A DNA stretch of 64,000 nucleotides from Bacteroidales bacterium (GTDB lineage Bacteria > Bacteroidota > Bacteroidia > Bacteroidales > UBA12077). The notes below the pieces were generated by a model. The model was not told the DNA's origin, made no database searches, and worked only from the letters and a program-made list of their open reading frames with translations. Location: the NCBI GenBank assembly GCA_034002805.1, contig JAVEZW010000001.1, positions 100-64,099 on the forward strand, written 5' to 3'. A program made the translations under genes and the position numbers. Of this stretch, positions 10,274 to 19,981 are shown one piece after another; positions within the stretch are counted from its first letter, which is position 1, and each line of letters starts with the position of its first letter.

Positions 10274-10287
10274 ATCTACGTGTAGAT
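10274..10287. promoter_or_regulatory. inverted repeat ATCTAC-GT-GTAGAT 28-41 nt upstream of gajA start
   Basis: Perfect 6-bp arms read directly from the sequence. Position is consistent with an operator, but the function is unknown. Confidence 0.2.
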
Positions 10288-10451
10288 GCGTTTTTTAGTC
10301 TTGCAGGTAATAAATGATGGTATGGTGTCGTACGAGATTACGAAGCGGTTTTCTATCAGGTTACACCGTCTTTTATTTACGATCCAAAAATATTCGAAAA
10401 CCACTGAAACCCGCATAAAATGTGAGCCAAAGTTAACAATCGTTATTCTTT

Positions 10452-11216
10452 TTATATCGTCTTGATAATTTCCCATATTCCAATTTTTGTTGGCTGATAA
10501 AGTCCAGTTTGCTGTTTTATGTCTTCTGATAGGAAAACCAAATTTGTTGTTATGTTGTCAGGAAGTTTCAATTTGCCATTTGTTTTTGTTTTGTATGGGT
10601 TTTTGTATTCAAGCATAAAATTGTCGTAAATAGTTTTATATTCTCCCGTTGCGTTTTTAATGTCAATTATTTTTTTTGACTTGGAGTTATCAGTTTCAAA
10701 ACTGAACCATTTCGTATAAAACCCTTCTGCTTTCTTTTTCTTGGAAGGCTTTGAACGAAACATTGGAGTTATAAATTTATTACCGTTTGTGCCTGTCGGT
10801 TTTAATATTAAAGTTTGAAAATTTGAAACAAACTCAAGTTGATTCCCACAAATAAGAAAGTAACCTTTGTGCTTCTTATTATTTCCCAAGTAAAGGTAAA
10901 GTCGCATAAGGTCATTAAATATTCTTTGTTTCTCGTCAGAGCTTCTTGTGGAATTATTCTTTATGTATTTAAACTCAAAAACATTTTTCTCATTTTTCTC
11001 ATTTTTAAAAAACAAGTCAAACCGCTTTCTTGAAAGCTTTGGATGTCCGAACTCCAACTCAATGCTGTCCGTTCTTGAGCGTTCTAAATATTCCGCAACA
11101 GGAAACTTTATAGCACTTTCACTAAGAACATAGTCCCTTCCAACTGCCGAAGAATAACTTAGCCACCACATTACAGCAGTTGCTAATTGGTTAACACTAA
11201 TATCCCTTGTCATCAT
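10452..11216 (-). CDS. PD-(D/E)xK-like nuclease-fold protein, unassigned
   Basis: E...D...ExK arrangement: VAEYLE, RFDLFF, NVFEFKYIK. The K-rich C-terminal half has no recognised motif. Confidence 0.45.
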   Translation of the reverse strand: MMTRDISVNQLATAVMWWLSYSSAVGRDYVLSESAIKFPVAEYLERSRTDSIELEFGHPKLSRKRFDLFFKNEKNEKNVFEFKYIKNNSTRSSDEKQRIFNDLMRLYLYLGNNKKHKGYFLICGNQLEFVSNFQTLILKPTGTNGNKFITPMFRSKPSKKKKAEGFYTKWFSFETDNSKSKKIIDIKNATGEYKTIYDNFMLEYKNPYKTKTNGKLKLPDNITTNLVFLSEDIKQQTGLYQPTKIGIWEIIKTI

Positions 11217-11464
11217 AATTTTTGTTTTTCAAAGGGCTTGAATTCAATTTCATTGATTCCTCCTATAACTACTCTTACCCAGGGGTTATCAAGGTGAATT
11301 TCAACAAATTCATTGTAGCCCTTTCTACCTACATATTTTGAAACAGCATCATTAAGAATAGGTGTAGGATTGTCAGTGTTTAAGCCACCTCTAAGAATTA
11401 CAACTTTCCCAACTGACTTGCCGTCCTTAGTTAGGTCTTGTTCAAAGATTTCTATTTTGCTCAT
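11213..11464 (-). CDS. 83-aa hypothetical protein, translationally coupled to the nuclease-like gene
   Basis: ATGA stop/start overlap with the downstream gene. No motif recognised. Confidence 0.45.
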   Translation of the reverse strand: MSKIEIFEQDLTKDGKSVGKVVILRGGLNTDNPTPILNDAVSKYVGRKGYNEFVEIHLDNPWVRVVIGGINEIEFKPFEKQKL

Positions 11465-11918
11465 ATCTTAAATTGTTTATGTTGATTGGTGTCTGTCAAC
11501 TGTTTTATAATGGTTGCTAACTAGTTTATAGAAACTATAATATCGTTCTATGTATCCAGGTTTAGATGTATTCATATAAAAACAATACTTTGTTTCTGCT
11601 TCAAGCATTAAAGTTAAATAATAAAAATATAAAACTATCTTAAAAAACGATTCATCTCTCTTCACTTATAAGTGCTTTATTATGCAAAAAGGTAACCCAA
11701 TTCCGAGTATGTTATAAAACATGTTGCTTAGAATCGTTTATAGAATCATGTTTCAAAGGGATTGAATGAAAAAAAATTCAATTTTACTTCATTCTAATTT
11801 TATGTCATTTTTAGCAATGCAGAGAAAAATAGAAACAAAAACAAACATAATAATCGAGTAATTAAAAACTTTGGAAACACAAGTAATTCTTATAAAATTG
11901 AAAAATTCCATTTGCAAG

Positions 11919-13217
11919 TTACATGCTAATAAGTGTTTTTTTAATTGTATCTCTTAATAATGGCTCTACCCTTGTTATATCAGCATATTTTGGCCATTCT
12001 TTAATAATATCGCTAATCTGAGTAATAATATGAGTAGCTTTTTTAATATTCATCTGCTTTGCTAAAGACAACAAATCATCGCGGGTTATATTTTTTCTTT
12101 TACCATTTACGCTAAGCGATTGCTGACTTACCCAAGTACTACCGGGTCGATAAGAATGGCAAACATCAAAAGCAGGTGAAAGTTGCCACTCGCCACTTTT
12201 ATCCATAATAAAAGAAAAGTTTTTGGTATGGTCATCACAATTGCGTGAAATTACATTAAACACCATACGTCTGAATACCTGCTCCGCCTGTGGATATGGC
12301 AAACCAAGCAAGCGTAATGTTTCAAATAGCTGTTCGTAGCTGTATGAGTTTATGTCACTAAAATCGAAGTGTTGCATAGCGCAAAAACTCTGCACATGTA
12401 TTTTACCTTTACCTGGTTCACGGTCGAATCTACGTGTCATAAAGTGCGCTCTATGGTTTTCTTCCAAAAGACGGCACTCCGTCATTTCAATTTCAGCATC
12501 TTTTGCCATCAGGTGGTATGCCATTTCCACACGGCCATAACCGTGTGTCGCCCCGAACTGGCTATCGGTAACGCCATCAAATTTTATCAACCAGTGGGTA
12601 AATCCTTTGGGAGCTTCGGCCTGCCCACTACGTACTTCATTTGTTTCAGGATTATAAGCAATAACAGCTTTTGCTCTTGCACCACCTGCAGAAGTACCAA
12701 TTTTCAAGATGTCAAGTAGCGCTTTTTCTTCATTTACAGATAGATTGGTCGAGAAATCTTTGCGACCAGACAATATTTCATTAGCTATTTGCACCAATGT
12801 GTTGATTTCAACCTTAGTGGATGAATTTGCTCCTTTTGGTTCCGGTGGTTCAAACTCCAATGCCCCCATACCACGTTTTCCAATAAAACACAACATTTCG
12901 ACAGGATTTAAACTTCCAGACGGGCGACCATAGCGAGCCAACCAAGCATCAATAAGGGTATTTCCGTATTTGTCTGGCAATACGTCGGCAAGCAAACCCG
13001 GTAAGCCTTTAAATGCGTTTTCATCCCTTAGTTCAGAAAAGGAAAAAATACGTCCACTTGCTTCATTCAATGGCATTTTTAAAGGTGCAAGATCCCAATT
13101 GGTTTTGAGAAAAGAAGGTTCAAATTCAAATGACCCTATACGCGTGGATTCATCCCATGCAATTGCACCAACATTATTGTTCCAAATTTTAACAGTTGCA
13201 GTATTCGCCATTACCAA
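11919..13217 (-). CDS. hipA: type II toxin HipA-family serine/threonine kinase
   Basis: HipA N-terminal coupling region, catalytic loop CDDHTKNFSF, typical length (432 aa). Confidence 0.85.
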   Translation of the reverse strand: MVMANTATVKIWNNNVGAIAWDESTRIGSFEFEPSFLKTNWDLAPLKMPLNEASGRIFSFSELRDENAFKGLPGLLADVLPDKYGNTLIDAWLARYGRPSGSLNPVEMLCFIGKRGMGALEFEPPEPKGANSSTKVEINTLVQIANEILSGRKDFSTNLSVNEEKALLDILKIGTSAGGARAKAVIAYNPETNEVRSGQAEAPKGFTHWLIKFDGVTDSQFGATHGYGRVEMAYHLMAKDAEIEMTECRLLEENHRAHFMTRRFDREPGKGKIHVQSFCAMQHFDFSDINSYSYEQLFETLRLLGLPYPQAEQVFRRMVFNVISRNCDDHTKNFSFIMDKSGEWQLSPAFDVCHSYRPGSTWVSQQSLSVNGKRKNITRDDLLSLAKQMNIKKATHIITQISDIIKEWPKYADITRVEPLLRDTIKKTLISM

Positions 13218-13561
13218 TCAGATTTTGATTTTTTTTCTTTACTATTCGTATTTCTGGCCCTCATTCGACCTTTTTTTTCGAGCTTTGCCAACTGAATAGG
13301 ACTGATTTGCTGCTTAACCTTAAATGACTGCAAAAGGTGTAAAAGCTTCAAAGCACGTAATAGTTGAACAAATGTCATAAGATTACTACTCACTCCATTT
13401 TCGAATGAACTAAGAGTGTCCCTATTGATTCCTGCTTCTTTAGCCAATTGTGACTGGGTTTTATTTTGTGCTAAGCGCTGTTGCTTAATAAAAGCACCAA
13501 TTGTACCTATCAAAGCTGTATCACTCATTGCCGTCCAGTTCTTGTCGGTTATTTCCGTCAT
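13211..13561 (-). CDS. hipB: XRE-family HTH antitoxin (HipB-like)
   Basis: HTH QNKTQSQLAKEAGINRDTLSSFENG. 7-nt overlap with hipA. Confidence 0.75.
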   Translation of the reverse strand: MTEITDKNWTAMSDTALIGTIGAFIKQQRLAQNKTQSQLAKEAGINRDTLSSFENGVSSNLMTFVQLLRALKLLHLLQSFKVKQQISPIQLAKLEKKGRMRARNTNSKEKKSKSDW

Positions 13562-14160
13562 TATGTAACTTTATTATAGTTAATGCAGGTTTTCTCCGAC
13601 AAATATACACTTTATTGTTTATTTGACAAACTATTTTTCAAAATTTATATTTGGGATTAGAATTATTTCAATCTTTTTAATAAAGAAGCTCTAATTTATA
13701 TTATAGAAAATGAATAGTTTATTCTAAAAAAAGTTAAAAATTAAATATTATGCTGGATTTTACCCCTGCAATAAATCAAAAGAACATTGCCTGATTAAGC
13801 GATGAAATTTTCAAACGTAAAATACACCAAAGGTATATTTACCATTAACAAAATTGCAGAGTTGATTAACTCTCAAATCAGGAGTTGGATAAACTTCGAT
13901 TCAAAGTTCAGTAAATCTTAAATGTGCGGGTAATTTCATGTTATTAAGATGGTTTAGTAAAATGTATACACAACATGTATCGTAAATCCAAGAGACATCA
14001 TTGTTACAATGCTTACAGCCAATTAAAAGGGAAACTCAATGCTTCCCGAATTTGTTTGTGCATTGGCAATGCCATTATTTGTCTTTATCATGAGGAACCG
14101 TATAAGTAGAGATGCTCAAATACCATGAGAGGTTTAGGGGTGAGACTGCTCTTAACCTAT

Positions 14161-14718
14161 TCAACTTAATTTTAAATTAATACCTCTAAAGTCATCTTCA
14201 ACTATTGCAAAGTGATAACTATCTTTCCATTCTCCACGAATAGGTAATAATTTTCTTCTTAATCCTTCTCTAGTCATTCCCAATTTCTCTAAAACTCTAA
14301 TAGAGAAATTATTTTCCGTAGACACATCAGCTTCAATCTTGTGTAATTTTAATTTGTCAAAACCAAATTTTACAATATTTTTTGATGCTTCGGTCGCATA
14401 CCCTTTTCCCCAGCTAGGTGGAATAAGTTTATAATAAAGCTCGCCTAATTTGTATAAATCATTTGAAAGTATCAGTCCACACAGTCCAATAAACTCATTA
14501 GTATCTTTTACAACTATTTTCCAATGATAAGATCTCCTAGGATTTGTTGTTTGGTCATCAATGAAATATTTTATTATCTTTTTTGTTTCTTCCAAATCCT
14601 TTGGAATACCAAGTGTATTATACTTATCAACTTCTGGATAAGTATAAAGTTCATGAATACACTCTACATCTTTAAATGATATTTCATTTAAGATTAATCT
14701 TTCAGATTCAATAACCAT
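14161..14718 (-). CDS. GNAT family N-acetyltransferase (RimJ/RimL-like)
   Basis: SERLILNEISFKD start, WGKGYATEA acetyl-CoA loop. Confidence 0.75.
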   Translation of the reverse strand: MVIESERLILNEISFKDVECIHELYTYPEVDKYNTLGIPKDLEETKKIIKYFIDDQTTNPRRSYHWKIVVKDTNEFIGLCGLILSNDLYKLGELYYKLIPPSWGKGYATEASKNIVKFGFDKLKLHKIEADVSTENNFSIRVLEKLGMTREGLRRKLLPIRGEWKDSYHFAIVEDDFRGINLKLS

Positions 14719-15040
14719 AATTATAAATTTATATTTTTTCTTTCAATAATGTATCTCCCCAAAATAGGCTTTTACTATTTAGGTTAATTATTATTAGTTA
14801 TTAATACAGATTTATTTTCAACCAAGGCCTTTTCTATCATTGTTAATTAAGAATTGAAATCTCCTTTTTGATTTTATCAATTTTTGAATTAGATAATTTT
14901 CTTGAATAGTTAATCATTCATTCGCAAAGTTAGAAGCTTAATTGAAATCAATTTATTTGTCTTTGATTGTATTATTATGCCAAATTCTTGATATCAATTA
15001 AAAATATTTTTCAGATTGAAATTATGATTTTTGTTCATTA

Positions 15041-15871
15041 TTATTCATACTGCTTAAATTGGTTAAGAGACTTTTTTTCACGTAAAAATGTAATTAACAT
15101 ACCAATTACAAATGTTAAAGTTACCCATATCCAGAAATGTGGTTGTGTCACATTTTTTTGCATAATTAATGTTGGCATGATTGAAATTAAAGAATTAGCA
15201 AGACCATGAACATACAGTCCTGAAAATGGTTTGTTTCCTGAGACTTTTCGAATCCAGGAAAAAATGAAAGAATACCCTACCATCAGTAGAATAAAACCTC
15301 CAAAATTCATGTAAAACTGACTTGTTCCTGTTATGAACCATAAAGGGATATGCCAGAAAGCCCAAATAATCCCTAAAATTATATTTGCGAACCATATTCC
15401 GAATTTATTTTCAAGTATAGGAAGAGCATAACCTCGCCAGCCAAATTCTTCCTGACCACCTCCCAAAAAAATCATAAATAGTAAACAAGGAATATAAATC
15501 CAGATAGAAGGTAATAACATTGATAATCGTTTTTCACCAAATAATTCGGGTAAAAACCAGGCAATAAATGTGCTGCCCCCAAAAATCATTATTGGAAAAA
15601 CATATGCTTTCCAGCCCAATTTAAAGTCAAAAAAGCTTTTCAGGTACCTCCTAAAAAAATCTTTTCCCTTTTCCTTTTTTAAAGCAAAAAATGCCCCGAC
15701 AAATGGTCCAAAGACTCCCAACATAATAATTGGATATTTTAGGAATAAAAACAACTTGTCTGAAACAGTAATAATCTTGCAATTAATTAAGGCTATTAGT
15801 ATCCAAAGCATCCATGACCAAATAATTGTCATTATGAAGAAACGTAACGGAAAACGAACATTATTATTCAT
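15041..15871 (-). CDS. CPBP family intramembrane glutamic endopeptidase (CAAX protease/Abi family)
   Basis: Polytopic membrane protein with QEEFGWRGY and FWHIPLW motifs. Confidence 0.75.
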   Translation of the reverse strand: MNNNVRFPLRFFIMTIIWSWMLWILIALINCKIITVSDKLFLFLKYPIIMLGVFGPFVGAFFALKKEKGKDFFRRYLKSFFDFKLGWKAYVFPIMIFGGSTFIAWFLPELFGEKRLSMLLPSIWIYIPCLLFMIFLGGGQEEFGWRGYALPILENKFGIWFANIILGIIWAFWHIPLWFITGTSQFYMNFGGFILLMVGYSFIFSWIRKVSGNKPFSGLYVHGLANSLISIMPTLIMQKNVTQPHFWIWVTLTFVIGMLITFLREKKSLNQFKQYE

Positions 15872-15989
15872 AACTTAAAAATTTTGTTGTATTAACTCTA
15901 TAACTTACTTTAGCTTTACCACATAAACTCGAAATTTATTATCGAAAGTACTCGCTTTTTCCAATGAGTGCAAATGGATTTTAGGAAGA

Positions 15990-16430
15990 TTATTCATTTG
16001 AAATTTTATCTTTTACTTTTGTTCCAAGAAGCAGCAAAACAATTACAACAAAAATTGCAATCGTATCAGGTATTAATTGCATTACATTACCACTATTGTT
16101 CAACAAAGTAACAACTGTAATAACAATACAACGCATTGCTATAATCAGAATTATTAACCAAGCAGCAAACTTAACCTTTGATAAATCCTTTTGAAATGCC
16201 ATGATACAAAGTATTATTCCCAAAATCAGGTTTTCAATCCCAATTATATGCCACACATAGGTAAATCCAACTTTAGTATTATTATCAATTATAGAATTTT
16301 CTAAAATCTGCAAACTTGTTGCGAACCCATTCAAGGTGTGAGTAACAGCAAAGAGTACACACAAAATTCCAACTATTAAATAAAAATAATTTTTAATCAT
16401 GTTATTGTTTTTTAGTTTGATTCCTAGCAT
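15990..16430 (-). CDS. small integral membrane protein
   Basis: Four hydrophobic segments; no motif. Confidence 0.5.
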   Translation of the reverse strand: MLGIKLKNNNMIKNYFYLIVGILCVLFAVTHTLNGFATSLQILENSIIDNNTKVGFTYVWHIIGIENLILGIILCIMAFQKDLSKVKFAAWLIILIIAMRCIVITVVTLLNNSGNVMQLIPDTIAIFVVIVLLLLGTKVKDKISNE

Positions 16431-16594
16431 TTTGCAATATGAAAAGTTAGGGATTATTCGCTTCGTTTATGAGACCGCTTTGCTAAGTTGCGGGCCTTGT
16501 CGCAATCTACAGATACAAAAACTGATGTTGGACAGAACAATTTATTTAAAGACTTAATCCCCAAAATTTTATATACAATTCTAGCATTTGTCTG

Positions 16595-17488
16595 TTATTG
16601 AATATTATAAGTTTTTATTTCCATTCGTTTTTCAAATATCTTAATACTAGGAAAATCTTCTGTCATAGTGTTGGCAACATCAATGAACCTTTTATTTTGG
16701 TCATGGTGTAAATGCATAAGCACTATATGCTTAGGTTTTATATAATTCTTTATTATCTCAATTCCTGCACAATCATTACTCCACATAAATTCTCTACCAA
16801 GAAAGGCAATATCGATACCTTCTTTATCTAGTCGAAAGTATTCATATTCTAATATGGCATCAGAATTTGAGTCTCCACAATGAAATATCTTAACGCCGTT
16901 TATGTTAAACAAAAATCCTAGATTTTGAATATATCGATGCCTATTAATTCTTTTTCCAGTTTCTGGATCGTTAACATAGTATGGCCCATGAATTAGTCGG
17001 TATACTGTTATTTCAATTCCATTAATTATTGTGTCACAAAATGTCAGATTATCAGGGATTATTTCAACTAATCGATCACTAATAATTTCATTATAATTAT
17101 CAGCTTCTTTGATTTGGGCAATAGATTGTTCGGTCGAAATGAATTTCCCATGTTTATTATTTTTTAAATGGTCAACAACAAATGAAGCGTAAAAATGGTC
17201 AGCGTGACAATGTGTTGCAGCTATCAAATCAATATTTGCAAAATCTTCTTTTGCATTTTTCATCAATTCTAATTGGGATGTATCAGGAATATCACAAAAT
17301 CCATATTCTTTATCGCCGAATAATGCGTCTATTAGAATTATTTTATCATTTACTTTTATAAGAAAACCCTCATTAGTAATATAGGTTATTTCAACATTAT
17401 CTTGTAAGGTATCTTCAGAATAGCAAAATTGAACTGAGGTCAAGGTTATAATCAGAATTATTATCAATTTGTTAATCATTGTTCTCAT
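16595..17488 (-). CDS. MBL-fold metallo-hydrolase, secreted
   Basis: Signal peptide; HxHxDH motif ATHCHADHF. Confidence 0.75.
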   Translation of the reverse strand: MRTMINKLIIILIITLTSVQFCYSEDTLQDNVEITYITNEGFLIKVNDKIILIDALFGDKEYGFCDIPDTSQLELMKNAKEDFANIDLIAATHCHADHFYASFVVDHLKNNKHGKFISTEQSIAQIKEADNYNEIISDRLVEIIPDNLTFCDTIINGIEITVYRLIHGPYYVNDPETGKRINRHRYIQNLGFLFNINGVKIFHCGDSNSDAILEYEYFRLDKEGIDIAFLGREFMWSNDCAGIEIIKNYIKPKHIVLMHLHHDQNKRFIDVANTMTEDFPSIKIFEKRMEIKTYNIQ

Positions 17489-17604
17489 AATATAAGTTTT
17501 GTAGTATGCTTATTCAAATTAACGCTAACAGTAAATTGTAAGTTATCGTCGAGGATGACGTGCATTTATATGTTAGGGAACGGACAGATAATTGTGCGAG
17601 AATC

Positions 17605-17640
17605 CGAAATAATAGCACTGCATGGATTTCACAATGCAGT
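17605..17640 (-). terminator. putative intrinsic terminator after apbE
   Basis: 7-bp stem ACTGCAT/ATGCAGT (17617-17623 / 17634-17640). On the minus strand it is followed by GCTATTATTT. Confidence 0.3.
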
Positions 17641-17681
17641 TTACAAAATATTATATGCATGTTGTTTTCATTTTTGTTATT

Positions 17682-18683
17682 TTATTGTGATAAATATTTC
17701 TCCATCCCTTTTGAATACTCTGTTTTATAACTTCCTACACTGTCAGAATAGATGATGAAATAATCTAAATCAGGAATTCGTCTTTTGAGCATTTCTATTC
17801 CTCTAGTTCCTATCGACATGATTACAGTTGCAAGTCCATCGGCAGTAATACATTCTTTGGACAAAACTGTAGCACTTAATATATTTTGGTCGGCCGGATA
17901 ACCTGTTTTGGGATTAAGTGTATGTGCATATTTTTTACCATCTTTGATATAATAATTTCTGTAATCACCAGAAGTCGCAACACCCATTCGTTCTTTAATA
18001 TGCAATATTTGATAGATAATTTCCTCCTGTCTGCAAAAATTATCATCAACCGGTTTGGTAATAGCAACTCTCCATGGATCTCCATTTTTGTTTACTCCTT
18101 TTAATGACATTTCTCCCCCGATTTCAATCAGGTAATTTTCAATTCCGTTTTTGTCGAATAAGTCAGCAATCAAATCGCATATACAGCCGTCTCCAACAGT
18201 CGAAAAGTTAAGTAGTATCCTTGGATCATCCTTTATTACTTTTTTGTTCTCCAATCTGACTTTTTTATATCCAACGAAAGTTATTAAACTATCTATTATT
18301 TGAGGAGATACACTGTCCATTTTTGAAAAACCAAATCCCCATAAATTTATTAATGGAGCACAAGTAATGTCCAACATTCCATCAGATAATTCCGATATTT
18401 GTTCTGATTTTTGAAACGCATTTATAAAAATTGAATCGACTTCGATTTCTTTATTTTGATTTACCTGTGATATAATCGAAAGAGAATCAAATGGATTTAA
18501 AGAATGATAATACTCTTTCATTTCTTTTTGTATGAGTTGTTGTACCTTATCTGGTGAATTGCTTTGAAAAGTTATATGGTAAGGAGTATGTAGATTCCCA
18601 ACAATTTCGTAATAATCAGTTTTATTGTTACAACTCTCAAAAAGAATGATGAATATAAATATAAGAAGATGTCTCATTTTCAT
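17682..18683 (-). CDS. apbE: FAD:protein FMN transferase ApbE family lipoprotein
   Basis: Signal/lipobox region ending in Cys (ILFESC), conserved GVATSGDYRNYY and AHTLNPKTG segments. Confidence 0.8.
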   Translation of the reverse strand: MKMRHLLIFIFIILFESCNNKTDYYEIVGNLHTPYHITFQSNSPDKVQQLIQKEMKEYYHSLNPFDSLSIISQVNQNKEIEVDSIFINAFQKSEQISELSDGMLDITCAPLINLWGFGFSKMDSVSPQIIDSLITFVGYKKVRLENKKVIKDDPRILLNFSTVGDGCICDLIADLFDKNGIENYLIEIGGEMSLKGVNKNGDPWRVAITKPVDDNFCRQEEIIYQILHIKERMGVATSGDYRNYYIKDGKKYAHTLNPKTGYPADQNILSATVLSKECITADGLATVIMSIGTRGIEMLKRRIPDLDYFIIYSDSVGSYKTEYSKGMEKYLSQ

Positions 18684-18767
18684 TGCTGTTTAATATTTGC
18701 ATATGTAAGTCCATAGCTAGTTTGCAGATATTATACAATTATACTCCAAAAACATACAGAGTCTATG

Positions 18768-18823
18768 AAATCTACAAAACCCACCATTACTTATACTCGA
18801 TGTCATGCACTAGCGATTATTAT
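18768..18823. repeat. intergenic repeat copy A (~56 nt)
   Basis: aaatctacaaaacccaccattacttatactcgatgtcatgcactagcgattattat; about 85-90% identical to 19726-19780. Confidence 0.7.
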
Positions 18824-19103
18824 AGTTTAAAGTCTTCAAGTGTTATAAAAATTTAAATTTTCGATCATCAATTGTTTTTTATTAAAAACCTTTATTCTCT
18901 TATTAATTTTAATATTTTTTTTGGATATTGGAGCGCTTCCTTTGATGCCGTAATGAATGCTGCTATTAGAATCAAGCCCCTGTATATGAATGAACCCCAA
19001 CAGTATTAGTTCGTGTGTCTTATGCATAAGCTTTTTTATTAATCCATATTTTAAATTCTACAATAACAATATCAATCAAGTACTTATCCTGCAAATCTGT
19101 TTG

Positions 19104-19628
19104 TTATACAATTGGTTGCATTAAGTCCCACTCTCTTCTCAAAAGGCTCATGTTGTAAGCAGATAAAAATTTATTATCAATTACAAAAGACTCTCGCAGC
19201 AATCCCTCAATTGTAAATCCACATTTTTCATAACATTTTATTGCTGACTTATTGAATTCAAAAACTCCCAAATCAATTCTATGTAATTTCAATTCTTTGA
19301 ATCCCATTTGTAAAAGTTCATTGATTATCATCTCTCCAAATCCTTTATTACGGTCATTTTTATCAGCAATTAGGATTCTGCATAGTCTGGCGTTTCTATT
19401 ACGCTTATCTATTCTATTAATTTCTCCATGACCAATTACTTTATCAGTAATTTGGTTTATAACTTTGTATATTTTTCGGTTATTATCAGAAACATATTCA
19501 ATTAGTTGATCTTCAGTTATAGGAAAACTAAAAATCGAACCAGCAAATTGATACATGAAATTTTCATTATCAATCCAACCAATGAACCGCTCAAAATCCT
19601 TATTAGTAAATTCTTCTAATCGTATCAT
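19104..19628 (-). CDS. GNAT family N-acetyltransferase
   Basis: Acetyltransferase core RNKGFGEMIINELLQ, typical length. Confidence 0.75.
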   Translation of the reverse strand: MIRLEEFTNKDFERFIGWIDNENFMYQFAGSIFSFPITEDQLIEYVSDNNRKIYKVINQITDKVIGHGEINRIDKRNRNARLCRILIADKNDRNKGFGEMIINELLQMGFKELKLHRIDLGVFEFNKSAIKCYEKCGFTIEGLLRESFVIDNKFLSAYNMSLLRREWDLMQPIV

Positions 19629-19725
19629 ATTAATTCGAATTTTTAAGTTGTCATTTCACACAACTAGTTAATAGATATAATAAAATTAATTATCAACAAC
19701 ATACTGTATACATCTTGATACGATA

Positions 19726-19780
19726 AAATCTACAAACTCGCCATTACTTATACTAGATGTCATGCATTAGTGATTATTAT
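19726..19780. repeat. intergenic repeat copy B (~55 nt)
   Basis: aaatctacaaactcgccattacttatactagatgtcatgcattagtgattattat; partner of 18768-18823. Confidence 0.7.
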
Positions 19781-19816
19781 CAAGGTTATAATCAATTTAT
19801 TAATCCTTGTTTTCAT
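19760..19816 (-). pseudogene. duplicated 5' fragment resembling the start of the MBL-fold gene (signal peptide only)
   Basis: Minus-strand ATGAAAACAAGGATTAATAAATTGATTATAACCTTGA... aligns with the 17488 start ATGAGAACAATGATTAACAAATTGAT...ATAACCTTGA, and the upstream flank aligns too. A stop follows after 18 codons. Confidence 0.4.
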
Positions 19817-19981
19817 ATAATAAGTTGCAATATATAATTTAGTAAATGCTAATTGTTTGCAAACAATTTGTATTTGTTAGATTGTAATCATATCTGTAGT
19901 CTCTAAGAGTATAACAGTAAACAATCTGATCTTCGTAATTAAAGTTATCCAACATGGTATTAATTTACTGTCAGTAAACGG

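Noticed and set aside
10276-10476. 66-aa minus-strand ORF in the gajA upstream spacer; also 11477-11665
   Set aside because: Both are short, lack motifs and lie in regions that more plausibly serve as leader or promoter. Codon usage is atypical (Cys/Phe/Tyr-rich).
12352-13299. Four plus-strand ORFs antisense to hipA/hipB
   Set aside because: They are embedded in a gene with clear HipA motifs and have no motifs of their own.
13802-13921. 39-aa ORF MKFSNVKYTKGIFTINKIAELINSQIRSW... resembling the start of an excisionase/MerR-type HTH, in the 600-nt gap after hipB
   Set aside because: It is too short for a complete HTH protein and the similarity is only impressionistic. It may be a remnant marking the island border, but it is not supportable as a gene.
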